Source: Proteromonas lacertae (Eukaryota). Taken from it: a stretch of 64,000 nucleotides of DNA. Made by a program: the position numbers and the translations under genes. The notes under the pieces were generated by a model. That model was not told the origin of the DNA, made no database searches, and saw nothing but the letters and a program-made list of their open reading frames with translations. This document shows positions 47,889-58,504 of the stretch, piece after piece (the stretch's first letter is position 1; each line of letters starts with the position of its first letter). The stretch covers positions 1 to 64,000 of the forward strand of contig NGBS01000874.1 in NCBI GenBank assembly GCA_002245135.1, given 5' to 3'.

Positions 47889-48372
47889 GATGAAAGTTAA
47901 TTGCTCAGAAATAACATATATAAGTCACTATTATGATATTAAAGTATTAGAAATTGAAGTTATTCAAAGATGCTATAACATATCATTTAATGAAAGAATT
48001 AGCAAAGGAATTAAAAGAAGAAATCATTGTGGTCATTTATGGTATTGATCATATGATTTATTACTTTTTATCTGTAAATTCTTTTCTTTTTATATTAATT
48101 TGTTATATTTTATTTATTCTACATGATATAAATCATGTTCCAAATAATTATCTTTGCAAAAGAATAAGAAATAAATATAAAACATTTTCAAACACTATTC
48201 ATTATTCACCTCACTCAAGATGTGGAATTACTAATCATTTTTTGGATTTATTTCAAGCTCTTTTGTTATCTTTAGTAATTAAAAGAAAAATAGATTGTAT
48301 ATTTATTATACTATTGAGGTAGTTAGTTTGTGGAAGTATATGCTTGATTATTTCTCTTTGTGTAATATAAAC

Positions 48373-49914
48373 AGTGTTGTATTTTTCGGTCAAAAAATAT
48401 AGGTTTACCTATAGGTCAAAACCTATATCTTTAGCTTGACCTTTACCTTACTTATACTAACTATTAGTTGACCTCCTATTGAACATGAGTTAAGAAGCAT
48501 ATAATCTAACCATATATACAAAATTAATGTTTTATACATCATCTTTCAAATATCAAATTTGACAGTCGGTCGATGCACATTTTATATTACTATTATTTTG
48601 ATCTATTTCTCAATGATGACTCACAATAACATATTATTAACATAATATTAAATTAATTATAGAATAAAAAAAATAAAAGAAAAAAACATCAAGCTTGATG
48701 GTTTGACAAAGTTAATCTTTATTTTTTAAGATTTAGATCATTTAAATGTATAATTACTCAATATTTATAAGACTTTATAATATATGAAACTATAGGGATA
48801 TCACATTACCCCTATCGCATCAAAAGAGTTGTGATTTTATTCAATTGTTGTATGTTAGAGAAGTAACATTTTAACTACTTCAAAATGTTTTGGAAAACGT
48901 GATTAAAATAAAATATTCAGATTATTACATATGGTAAAAGCCAAAGTCAATTCAGATTCTGTCAACAAAGATCTATTTAAATTAATAACCTTCAATGCAG
49001 TCAGTACCACAATATTAGACTCACCAGAATTTAGAAGGTTTTGCTTCAAATTAGGATATATTATACCTCTAAGAGAGTTTTATAATGCTTATTTATTTTC
49101 AGAAACTGAGAAAGTAAGAGACTTATTGAAGACAAATTATTAATATCCAGAAATAGAGATTTATTATTATAATTACATTAATATTTGTTTTTTAGAGATA
49201 GTAAGATATATAGTATATAAATGGGACTCTGGGACATTGTCACAGAGTTCTAACGAGTGTTCTAGGAGTCCGTCCCTTTCTAGATTCAGAGTTGACTTTT
49301 ACGGGGCCTTCATCGATTGCATCGATGAAGCTCCCGTAAAGGTCAACTCTGAATATAGAAGGGGACGGACTCCTAGAACACTCGTTAGAACTCTGTGACA
49401 ATGTCCCAGAGTCCCATTTACGTAAGGTTCCTACGGGATTCCTCCCAACAGGGTCTACTTCTCAACGGGGTCTACTTCCCTACGGGAACTCCTCTAAGCT
49501 ATTTCTATATCTATCTATACCTACCAATACCTTCCTATACCTACCAATACCTTCCTATACCTACCTATACCTATCTATGAGACGATCTCCTACGGGTACT
49601 CCTGGAAGCTGAGTTCGGCAACGGGACGTCCTTTTGTGTTTTGTCCCGTCCCTTGTCCTTTTCATACACTAAAACTTCTCGTTGATTACACATGTCCTCT
49701 TTGTCCCGGGACGTGTAGTTTAACACGTCCTTTTTTGTCCTATATTTTTGAGTTTAAGTTTCTGTTTTTTCAATAAAAATATTCTGCAATAGCATTAAAT
49801 AAGCTTAATATTAAGTATTACATACTATACTCAAGTCATTTTTGTATATCCTAAATAATATCTTTTGAAAATCCATTTAAGCCATATTTGCTATATCTAT
49901 GAATAATATTTAAC
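48373..49914 (+). repeat. Inverted duplicate of about 30987..32522 (TGTTG end, hairpin TIR, hAT end)
   Basis: Identical 70 aa ORF, hairpin, and hAT junction CCTGGAAG|CTGAG. Confidence 0.92.
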
Positions 49915-51974
49915 CTATATATACCACTTAGATAACTCTGTATAGTTTAATGAAGTATATCCCCATTTACAAACACTCATCGCACAACAGAACTTCACAT
50001 GATACATGCTTATCATTACACTATTATCTACTATAACATATGCTTGAATTAAATACGAATAAAAAGTAGAAAAAAAGAAAAAATGTTTGATTAACTCGAG
50101 TTCTTGCATTTTGAATGCCATCTCATAATAGGTTTAGAGATAATATCTATAGATTATATAACATTAATAATTGCATAGAAAGACCTGGCGAGAAGAATAA
50201 AAGGATTGAATGCAAAAAGTGCAAAATGTTTATCATCAAGCATGCTACTCAGTTAAAAAGACATGCAAGACAGTATTTTAGATTATTATTATAATTTATA
50301 GTTGCACAAGCGTAGCAGTTCAGTCAACAATTGATATGAGTGATCATAGCAAAGACAAGGAGATTGTTGAATTAATAATAGAAAACAATCTCCCTTTAAG
50401 CGTAGTTGAATCCAAATCGTTCAAAAGCTTGTTCAAAAATTATGCTGTGCCATCAGCTAAAAAAGTAAAAAAAATAATTGAAACAGAATCGAAGAAAATG
50501 TTAAATGAGTGTATAGATAGAAGAAAAAAACTAACAATAATATTGGATGAATGGGAAAATATACTTGGAAATAGCATCATAAACATAGCAGTTAAACAAA
50601 ATCAAAGAATTGTATTTGTTGAAAGTGTATTACAAAAAAAGGTACAAACAACAAGAAATATTGTAGATCTTATTTCTGATATCTTAGAAAGAAATAATTT
50701 GGATATGAATAACATTTCTGCAGTAGTAACTGACAACAATCCAACTATGAAACATATTGGTGAAGTTATTCAACAAAGAACAAGCAATACAATTATTACA
50801 TTTGGTTGCCTTGCTCATGTTGTAAATTTAATTACCAAAAAAATAATGGAAATTGATAAGTATAATGATATTCTTCAGTATTGCAATGACATGATTCATA
50901 AACTAAAAACCAATACACGAGTAAGACAATTTATATTCAACAAATATCAGGAAGTTCCGCAGATCAGAAAAGGATGTCCAACTAGATGGACATCCTTTTC
51001 AAAAATGTTTAGCAAAATTATTAAACACAAAGATATTTCAATTGATGCTAAGTTATTAGATGAAAGTCGTTGCGAAGAAATAAGTGAAATAATGAAAATT
51101 ACCAACAAGCTATCAGCATATGTGCAAGAATTAAGCAGAGATAGCACTACTTTAAGCGATGCATACTGTATCATTAAATCAATGAAGAGATATTTGAAGT
51201 CATGCGAAAATGATAATATAAAGAATATAATTACCAAACAATTGGAATTATCGAATTTGGATATATTATTGATAAGTCAATATTTAAATGTAAACTATAA
51301 ATTCAAACATGGAGATAAAAATGATTACTCAAAGAGATTCATTATAGATAATTTCTCTGATATTTGTGACAGAAATTTGGTTGCAGAAATATACTTTTTT
51401 GAAAACAGAATGCCATACAATGGTTCACCTTCTTCCATTTTTCGCGAAAGTATTTCAACCGATATATGGTTTGCAACATATGACATATACTTTAGAAATT
51501 TAAAGAAAATTTATGATATTATATCAACAATACCATGTTCAAGCTCTTTTATTGAGAGAATTTTCTCCATCGAAAGCGTAATACATTCATACAGGAGAAA
51601 CAGATTAAACTTAGATACTATTAATAACATTATGAGATTAAAGTATGAATTAGTTGAGAGAAATAAGAGAGAATAAGAACAAAATGTAGAAAGTGATGAA
51701 GATGAAAATAGAGAAATTACTAATGTGGAAGATATAAGTGAAGAAGATGATGAGCAAAGTGAAGAATGTAGTCCAGATTATTAATGTTATTATTAATTAT
51801 CTTTATTCTTACTAATAAATGTTTTAATAAAATAAAAAATCACATAATTTATTTATATAACAAAAAGGTAATATCAAATATTTACAAAAAGGACAAATTA
51901 CTGTCCTTTATCGTACTCTTGTCCCGGACATGTCCCGGACATGTCCTTTTTGTCCCTGTCCCCGCCGAACTCAG
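49609..51974 (+). mobile_element. Full-length hAT transposon (flanks do not match)
   Basis: CTGAGTTCGGC...GCCGAACTCAG termini and an intact transposase. Confidence 0.92.
50115..51676 (+). CDS. hAT transposase, 510 aa, exons 50115..50272 and 50302..51676
   Basis: A 29 nt intron adds a BED finger (CKKC...LKRHARHC). Also LDEW, VTDN, CLAH, TRW and ERIFS motifs. Confidence 0.9.
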
Positions 51975-52237
51975 TTCAAAATACAATATATGATAAATGT
52001 AATGTATATTCATTTCCCAAAACATTTTTTGATGTTTTAAATTTCAGTACTGATCGATTAACTGAGTTAAAATTAAGAGCTGGTAAAGACTTAGCAAGTG
52101 ATTTAAAAATTACTTTGGATTGCTCAAATCAACGATTTGATGCTAATCATAATCCATATACAATTCATCATAAGTTCTACATAATTACTGGTAAACAATT
52201 GATTATTGGACCAAGGGGTGCTGAAAAGGTAGTATAA
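51975..52237 (+). pseudogene. 3' end of the major capsid gene of virus B
   Basis: FFDVLNF...AGKDLASDLKIT...HKFYIITG matches the C-terminus of MCP A. Confidence 0.85.
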
Positions 52238-52307
52238 GTAATAATTCTTTATTATTGACTTCTATTTTTATTTTTTGATTTCTCACTACATAATATATAC
52301 ACACACA

Positions 52308-53069
52308 ATGTTTAAATTTGAAAAAATAAATAATATACAAATTGAACCTGTTGATGGTGGTGAGTCATTTGATCCTAAGAAAATTCTGGGATATGATTAC
52401 TTTAATGAGCCTTTCTGCAATATATTTATTGTGGCTCGTAAGAATAGTGGTAAAACAACTTTGATATACAATATATTAAAACATATTATAGATCCAAAAT
52501 ATAAGAAAAAACAACATGTACATTTTTTCGTAGGTACAATCAAACAAGATAGGATATATGATTCAATTAAAGAGTTGTTAGATTATAATGAAATTAGTTA
52601 TGATGAAAATGATTCATTATTTGAACCTTATTCAGGAGATAATTTAGTAGAGAAGTTAATGAAATCAATTGATGATACAAACAAAGATAATTTTGAGTAT
52701 GCAGAACATATTATAATATTTGATGATCTTAGTTTAGAGCTGAAAACAGCTAATATCATACCAGTATTAATGAAAGAAAATAGACATTTAAAATCAAAAA
52801 TTATAATTAGTAGTCAATATATTACTGATATAGTACCTTCAGCAAGATCACAAGTAGATTATTGTTTAACATTTTATGGATTGAGTAACAGAAATTTGTT
52901 TGACTTATACAACTCATTGAATATATGGATACCTGAATATGAAACATTTAAAGAGTTATATTTAGCTGTTACTAAGCCACAATATAACTTCTTATATATT
53001 GATAATGTTAAAAAAGTGTTTAGAGCTAACTTCAATATTTTGATTGAAGATCATTCTGAAGTTTCTTGA
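52308..53069 (+). CDS. A32-like packaging ATPase of virus B (intact)
   Basis: ARKNSGKTT, IIIFDD, RHLK and SSQY motifs. Confidence 0.9.
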   Translation: MFKFEKINNIQIEPVDGGESFDPKKILGYDYFNEPFCNIFIVARKNSGKTTLIYNILKHIIDPKYKKKQHVHFFVGTIKQDRIYDSIKELLDYNEISYDENDSLFEPYSGDNLVEKLMKSIDDTNKDNFEYAEHIIIFDDLSLELKTANIIPVLMKENRHLKSKIIISSQYITDIVPSARSQVDYCLTFYGLSNRNLFDLYNSLNIWIPEYETFKELYLAVTKPQYNFLYIDNVKKVFRANFNILIEDHSEVS

Positions 53070-53113
53070 TGTTTTTATTAATTTTGTTATTTTATTGTTT
53101 ATTAATTCAAAAA

Positions 53114-53896
53114 ATGTTTATTGGGGAACGAAATACTTCAGATATAAATATTGATACAGATAAGCTTGCTAAAGATATAGCTGACAAAATAAATATACAA
53201 CCTACTGATCCTGATACTATTGTTAAACCTATTAATAATCATACTGATACTCAAATAAATAATATAGTTACACCTGTTTATGATATCAAAACTACTACAA
53301 ATACTATATATGGTAAATGTCAAGAAATATATAATGTTGTAAATAATAGCTCTGGTAGTACTACAATAGTTAATAATTCTGTATCACCTAAATTATTGCA
53401 TACTGAATATACATATTGGTCAGTTAATTTCTATATATTTCAAGATGGTTCGATCAATCAATATGAATCTACTGTAAAAGTACCTATAAAAATTCAAATG
53501 TTTGAACATTTTATGAGAATCAAGATATACAATGGCCTTGTTTTAAAAAATCATGATAATGGTAATGGATTTATATTATATCTAGATGACAATCATGTTA
53601 TTAAAGCTGAACCAGGTAAAGAAGATTTATTGCAACAATATTATAACAAATTATTAGAAACATACTTTGTAGATGGAAGTAATGGAATATACTTCCCTAT
53701 ACAAGGTGTAATAAATGAAACTTCGCAACCTGCAATTAATGATTATGGATGTTTTTGGCCTATATTAAGAAATAATAATAATAAATGTAATCTTTATATA
53801 GAACGAAAAGGTCTTGATGCATATTCATATCAAGCATTCCCACCTCAAGTTATTATAACAGAATGGATGGATACAGGTGTTACAGAACCATTTTAG
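53114..53896 (+). CDS. Putative fibre/spike protein of virus B
   Basis: Syntenic with 13329..; helical N-terminus and beta-rich C-terminus. Confidence 0.45.
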   Translation: MFIGERNTSDINIDTDKLAKDIADKINIQPTDPDTIVKPINNHTDTQINNIVTPVYDIKTTTNTIYGKCQEIYNVVNNSSGSTTIVNNSVSPKLLHTEYTYWSVNFYIFQDGSINQYESTVKVPIKIQMFEHFMRIKIYNGLVLKNHDNGNGFILYLDDNHVIKAEPGKEDLLQQYYNKLLETYFVDGSNGIYFPIQGVINETSQPAINDYGCFWPILRNNNNKCNLYIERKGLDAYSYQAFPPQVIITEWMDTGVTEPF

Positions 53897-54023
53897 TAAT
53901 AATTATATTATGTTTATTATAAAATTTATTATATTTTTATTATGTTATGTGATTTTTATTAAATTACGCATATTTTTAAACCCTGTCCCAAATCATTTTA
54001 AGATAAAGATTCGTTTTTAAAAT

Positions 54024-54554
54024 TTAGACTATGTTTATCGTAGTTTGATCATTGTTTCCTTTAACTTCTTCTTGTACTTCTTCTTCCTCATCATCACTAT
54101 CATCAAATATATAATTCTTCTTTACATAATGTTTCAACATAGGATTCTTCTTCAAATGAACACTTCCCATTCCTTCAGGTAGTGTTAACCACTCAATATA
54201 CTTATCGAACATTGCAAAATAATGTCTATTTAATCCTCTTGGTTTTACTGATGGTGTAATATCGAAAAGCATCATGTAATATCTCTTATCGCTATACTTT
54301 GTCCACATCTTTTGATGACAAATAGCACAGAATTCATTATAAGACTTTATCTCTTCCTTAGGTAATGGACTATCTAAAACTGCACTTATGTTATGGTTAA
54401 AATATAAGTAAAACTTACATGTTCCACATATACACTTATCTAAATAATCTTCATTATTTCTAAATGAACAAAAGAAAGCAAAGTTTACTGAAGCACACAC
54501 ATATTTTATATTTTTTGATAAAAACAGTTTTTCTAAAATTATCAGAAAAATCAA
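54024..54554 (-). CDS. Cys-containing hypothetical protein (start uncertain)
   Basis: CICGTC and CAIC motifs with an acidic tail. Confidence 0.45.
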   Translation of the reverse strand: MIFLIILEKLFLSKNIKYVCASVNFAFFCSFRNNEDYLDKCICGTCKFYLYFNHNISAVLDSPLPKEEIKSYNEFCAICHQKMWTKYSDKRYYMMLFDITPSVKPRGLNRHYFAMFDKYIEWLTLPEGMGSVHLKKNPMLKHYVKKNYIFDDSDDEEEEVQEEVKGNNDQTTINIV

Positions 54555-56311
54555 AACTGTTTCTTTCTTCTGTTTATAACAACAGTTTCTTGTCAGAATT
54601 TCGATTTAGTAAAAAATATAGAATATTGCAGATAATTCTTTAAATATATATTTTTGACACTATTTAAATTCTTTTGAATGTTTTTAACTACATTATATAA
54701 ATCCATAAATAATTTGATAAATGAAAAAATAACATAAAAAAGTAAGAACGCATTCTGTAGCTTGGCCACCACACTATTTAATCACTAAGTCCTAGTCAGG
54801 CTACACAGGACACGCTACTTACTTACATAGAAATACATTTCTTATTAAATAAAGTAGCTACCCTGCCGGGGTAGAACAGGTAGCTACCTATCTATTTATA
54901 CACTTTATTTCTACTATCCTACGCTAAAAACTATTAAAAACATAAAAATAAAATTTGACCCCATAAATTTATTCACACACTAAAATATATAAAGAAATTT
55001 AAATTCACCGCTTGCTCCAGTATAACCGTACCAAAAACTAATTCACACTCAAATCGCTTATTCTTACCTGTAGAAGGCACCTAAGAATAGTCTGGTACGG
55101 TTTACCCACATACAGTGATATTCTTACGGTTATACATTTATTCATCTCCATTTCTTTTACACAATTCGTAATAAAATACATCTGTTACAAATAATTGAAA
55201 ATTTTATTCAAGCTTCAGTTTGAAAATTCCATTTATTTTCAAGTTTATTAGGTTATATCTTATGGATATCAATATAATTTTGTATATTATAAATGTATTT
55301 TTACAGTAGGAATAGAATGGGCTCCAATTAATTCTACTTCAAGGTGGATTTTAAGAAAAGTGGTTGTGGAATTGCTATCTATGATAATTTTACTAATTTG
55401 TTTTTTAATATATCTAAGTAGTTTGATGGTATATTTTATTTATATATAAATAGTGTTTGCAATAAATAAAGAGAAATTAGTGGAAGTAAAGAATATATAC
55501 CTATGAAAGCAATGTGTTAGAATGAATGACAAATCAGATATTAAAAATTATAGCGTAAAAGTAAGAAATCCATGTTTAGGACAATATTATCAACCATATT
55601 TTTCCAAAACCTGAAGTAAATCATTCCAAATTCTTAGCTTGTCTCAATGACTGGTAGTTTTATAGATGTGTTGTGCGCCGTTTGTCAGAGTTGGCCGTTT
55701 GTATACCAGACACTTTCAAAACAAACTAAATACATAATTACACTTCTTTTAATGAAAAATTGTTACTTTTATTTTAACATTTTGTATATGATAGACATGT
55801 CACGATATGACTTAATTAGCCTATGTAACAAAAATTTTTACATAATCTATTAATACATATTAAGTACATGAATAATATAAAATATTATCTTACAACTCAC
55901 TTCTGTTGTTGATATAAATAAAAAAATGTAACTAAAAACTTGAATTTTCTTACCCCCTTATTTGTACGAAAATTAATATTTTGATATAAAAACTTGTTTT
56001 ATATGCACATGTTTTTCATCAAAATCTATAATTTTAGATATAAAGTTAATATCTACAATATTAACAGAAATACAATCTTTAATCGACATGAATCTCAAAG
56101 CTACAACATATTAATGTATTTCATATTTCAGTGCCTTCAATAAAAATCATTCATTTCAGCGTGTAGCCAATTACAATATATTTTTAACACTTAGCTTCTT
56201 TTGTATAATTTACAAAATTATAATTTATGGGTTGTTTTTGTTTTATATAATAGTATCAATGATTATGAAATGATACACATAAGTTACAGAAGAAAATTGA
56301 GAAGTGAAAAA

Positions 56312-56369
56312 TGTCTCCTAGACAAACGGCGTATTTCTAAATCTTCTCACGCCGTTTGTCTAGGAGACA
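56312..56369. other. Perfect 20 bp stem hairpin built from the TIR motif
   Basis: TGTCTCCTAGACAAACGGCG-N18-CGCCGTTTGTCTAGGAGACA. Confidence 0.85.
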
Positions 56370-56574
56370 CTTTTGATTTCTCATATTTCATATATGAGAT
56401 AATCATAATATATTATTAACAAATATAACAAAATTGAAATCAGAAAATAAGTTGAAACAACATTCAACTCAAATCTTTTTCCAAAATTGGTTTTATGTTA
56501 TGTGGATGTGTGTACCTAACAAACACATTGTAATTATATAAAAATACTTTGTAGAATTTTTAAAGAAAATGAAA

Positions 56575-57927
56575 TTATTTAAATCTATAAATGTTTTTTT
56601 TGTTGTAAATGTAAAACAATTTTGCTTTTTCTTCGTTATTTAAACTTTCTATACCTTCAATTAAATCATCAATGAAGTATTCTATATTAAAACTTTCTAT
56701 ATTTTGAATCTTTGTTATTTCCAAATTATTCAATCTTGCTCCAAGAAAGAATAAACAGTAATATCCACAAGTTACAGCATCTGTTTGATAAACTTTTGTA
56801 TCTACTATTTCATATGATTCTAATTCACGATTGCAAGAATGAAAGAGTTGTTTAATATTCTTTATTACTATATTTCTTGGTTCTTTGTTCATATAAATTG
56901 CTAAACTGTCATATATTCTAAACATCATATAGTCATTAGGAACATAATCTACTTCCCATAAACTCCAATGACTTTGATTTGGATCACATACTGGAAAATA
57001 ATAAATTCCTTTTTCACTTATCTTTTTTTTATTATCCTTTTGCTTTTCATTTAAAAATTCAACATCAGGATCAATATCATTCTTATTGTTGTTGGAAATA
57101 TAATGTAATAAAAACAGGAATTTATCGCCTTTTAGTTGATTGTTAATATTTAAATGACTCACCAATTCTTTACAATTTACTTCATATTTCGGTTGTTGAT
57201 GTTGTCCATAGAATCTTACATGACCAATATCATTATATCCTTTAATTTTCTTTACAAACAACAAACTATCATGAGTGTGATCATCATATGTAATTGATGC
57301 AACACTAGTATCTTTTCTATTTACCATTTAACATGCATATTTTAAAGTCATTGAATTACGCTCTATCAGAAGGTGTATATAGGTTTTGAATAGATCAATC
57401 ATGAGAATAATATCAACATCGCTTATATATGGATGATCTTCAGACATCTTTATCATTAGCATTACAGCAGCCAATATTTCTGTTGCTTCAGGAAAGTTAG
57501 TATTAACATTGGTCTTGACAATCTTATATTGAGATATTATTTCACCTACACTTCTATCATATCTACCATTACGACGAATACCTTGTGCATAATCATCTTT
57601 ACCAAATGAATCTATAACTTCGATAGTTTTATTATCATGATGAATGATAACAGTGTAATAATTGTTACTATCTTTAGCTCTAATTATGAATGCTTCCATC
57701 TCTTTATTCATTATCATTTGTTTATTTTTACATACGTAATAATGTTGATTTAAATTGTATAATTCCAATATGAAATGAATTTCATTTAATCCAAGTTGTA
57801 TTTTTCCAATACTTTTTATAAATCTTTCAACAAATTCCAACTGATCATTAGTTAATGGATCCTTAATATCTTCTTCAGAAGTTCTAATGCCAAATATATC
57901 ATACACTGCATTCTTCTTTGGATTCAT
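56575..57927 (-). pseudogene. Inactive-looking plus catalytic Ulp1-like (C48) protease domains, one reading frame with a nonsense codon at 57328
   Basis: Catalytic SHW, YDSL and QTDAVTCG motifs. Element 1 has Tyr (LKYACYYVN) where this copy has TAA. Confidence 0.85.
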
Positions 57928-58504
57928 TACTATTTGCTGAAGTCTTTTTTCATAGGTGTTAATATCCTTTTTCTTAGGATTAGGATGAATCTATTTAATA
58001 TAAATTATCATCAAATATACTAGTATTTTGTCTGTTGTTTTCTTCATATTCTCTAATAATTCTGATGAAACTTCAAACTTTATTAAAGGTGTAGATGATA
58101 CTAATGGAATTTGCATGTTTTCATTTCTATTCATTAGATAGTAATAATTTAATAATATACACTAAATATTGCTTTTTATTAACTTTATCATCTTTAACTA
58201 ATGCTAGACTCTTTTCATCTTGGCACATCTTTCTTTTCACAGCTGTAATAACCACATCTCCATGTTCTGGATTAACTAGTTTATTTCCTAATTTCTTAAT
58301 GGAATCATCTCTCATTTTGTTATTATAATTGAAGTTTCTTTAGTCTATATAATCTTGAAACTGTTCTATTATATTTCCATTTTGTATTATATCTTTTTTG
58401 ATTCTATCTTTATAATCTTCTTCTTCCATTATTGTTACTTCACCATTACCGCTATTACCACCATCATCACTATTATCGCTATCATTACCATCTTCATCTT
58501 AAAG

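Noticed and set aside
47890..48370. Possible integrase and kinase scraps
   Set aside because: Too degenerate to support without a search.
55040..55095. U5 snRNA-like loop (GCCTTCTAC on the minus strand)
   Set aside because: It mismatches the conserved GCCUUUUAC loop, and the second copy of this repeat lacks the loop.
56575..57327. Ulp1-like protease as the maturation protease of the Polinton-like virus
   Set aside because: In both copies it lies inside Ginger TIRs, co-oriented with the transposase gene, not in the viral gene array.
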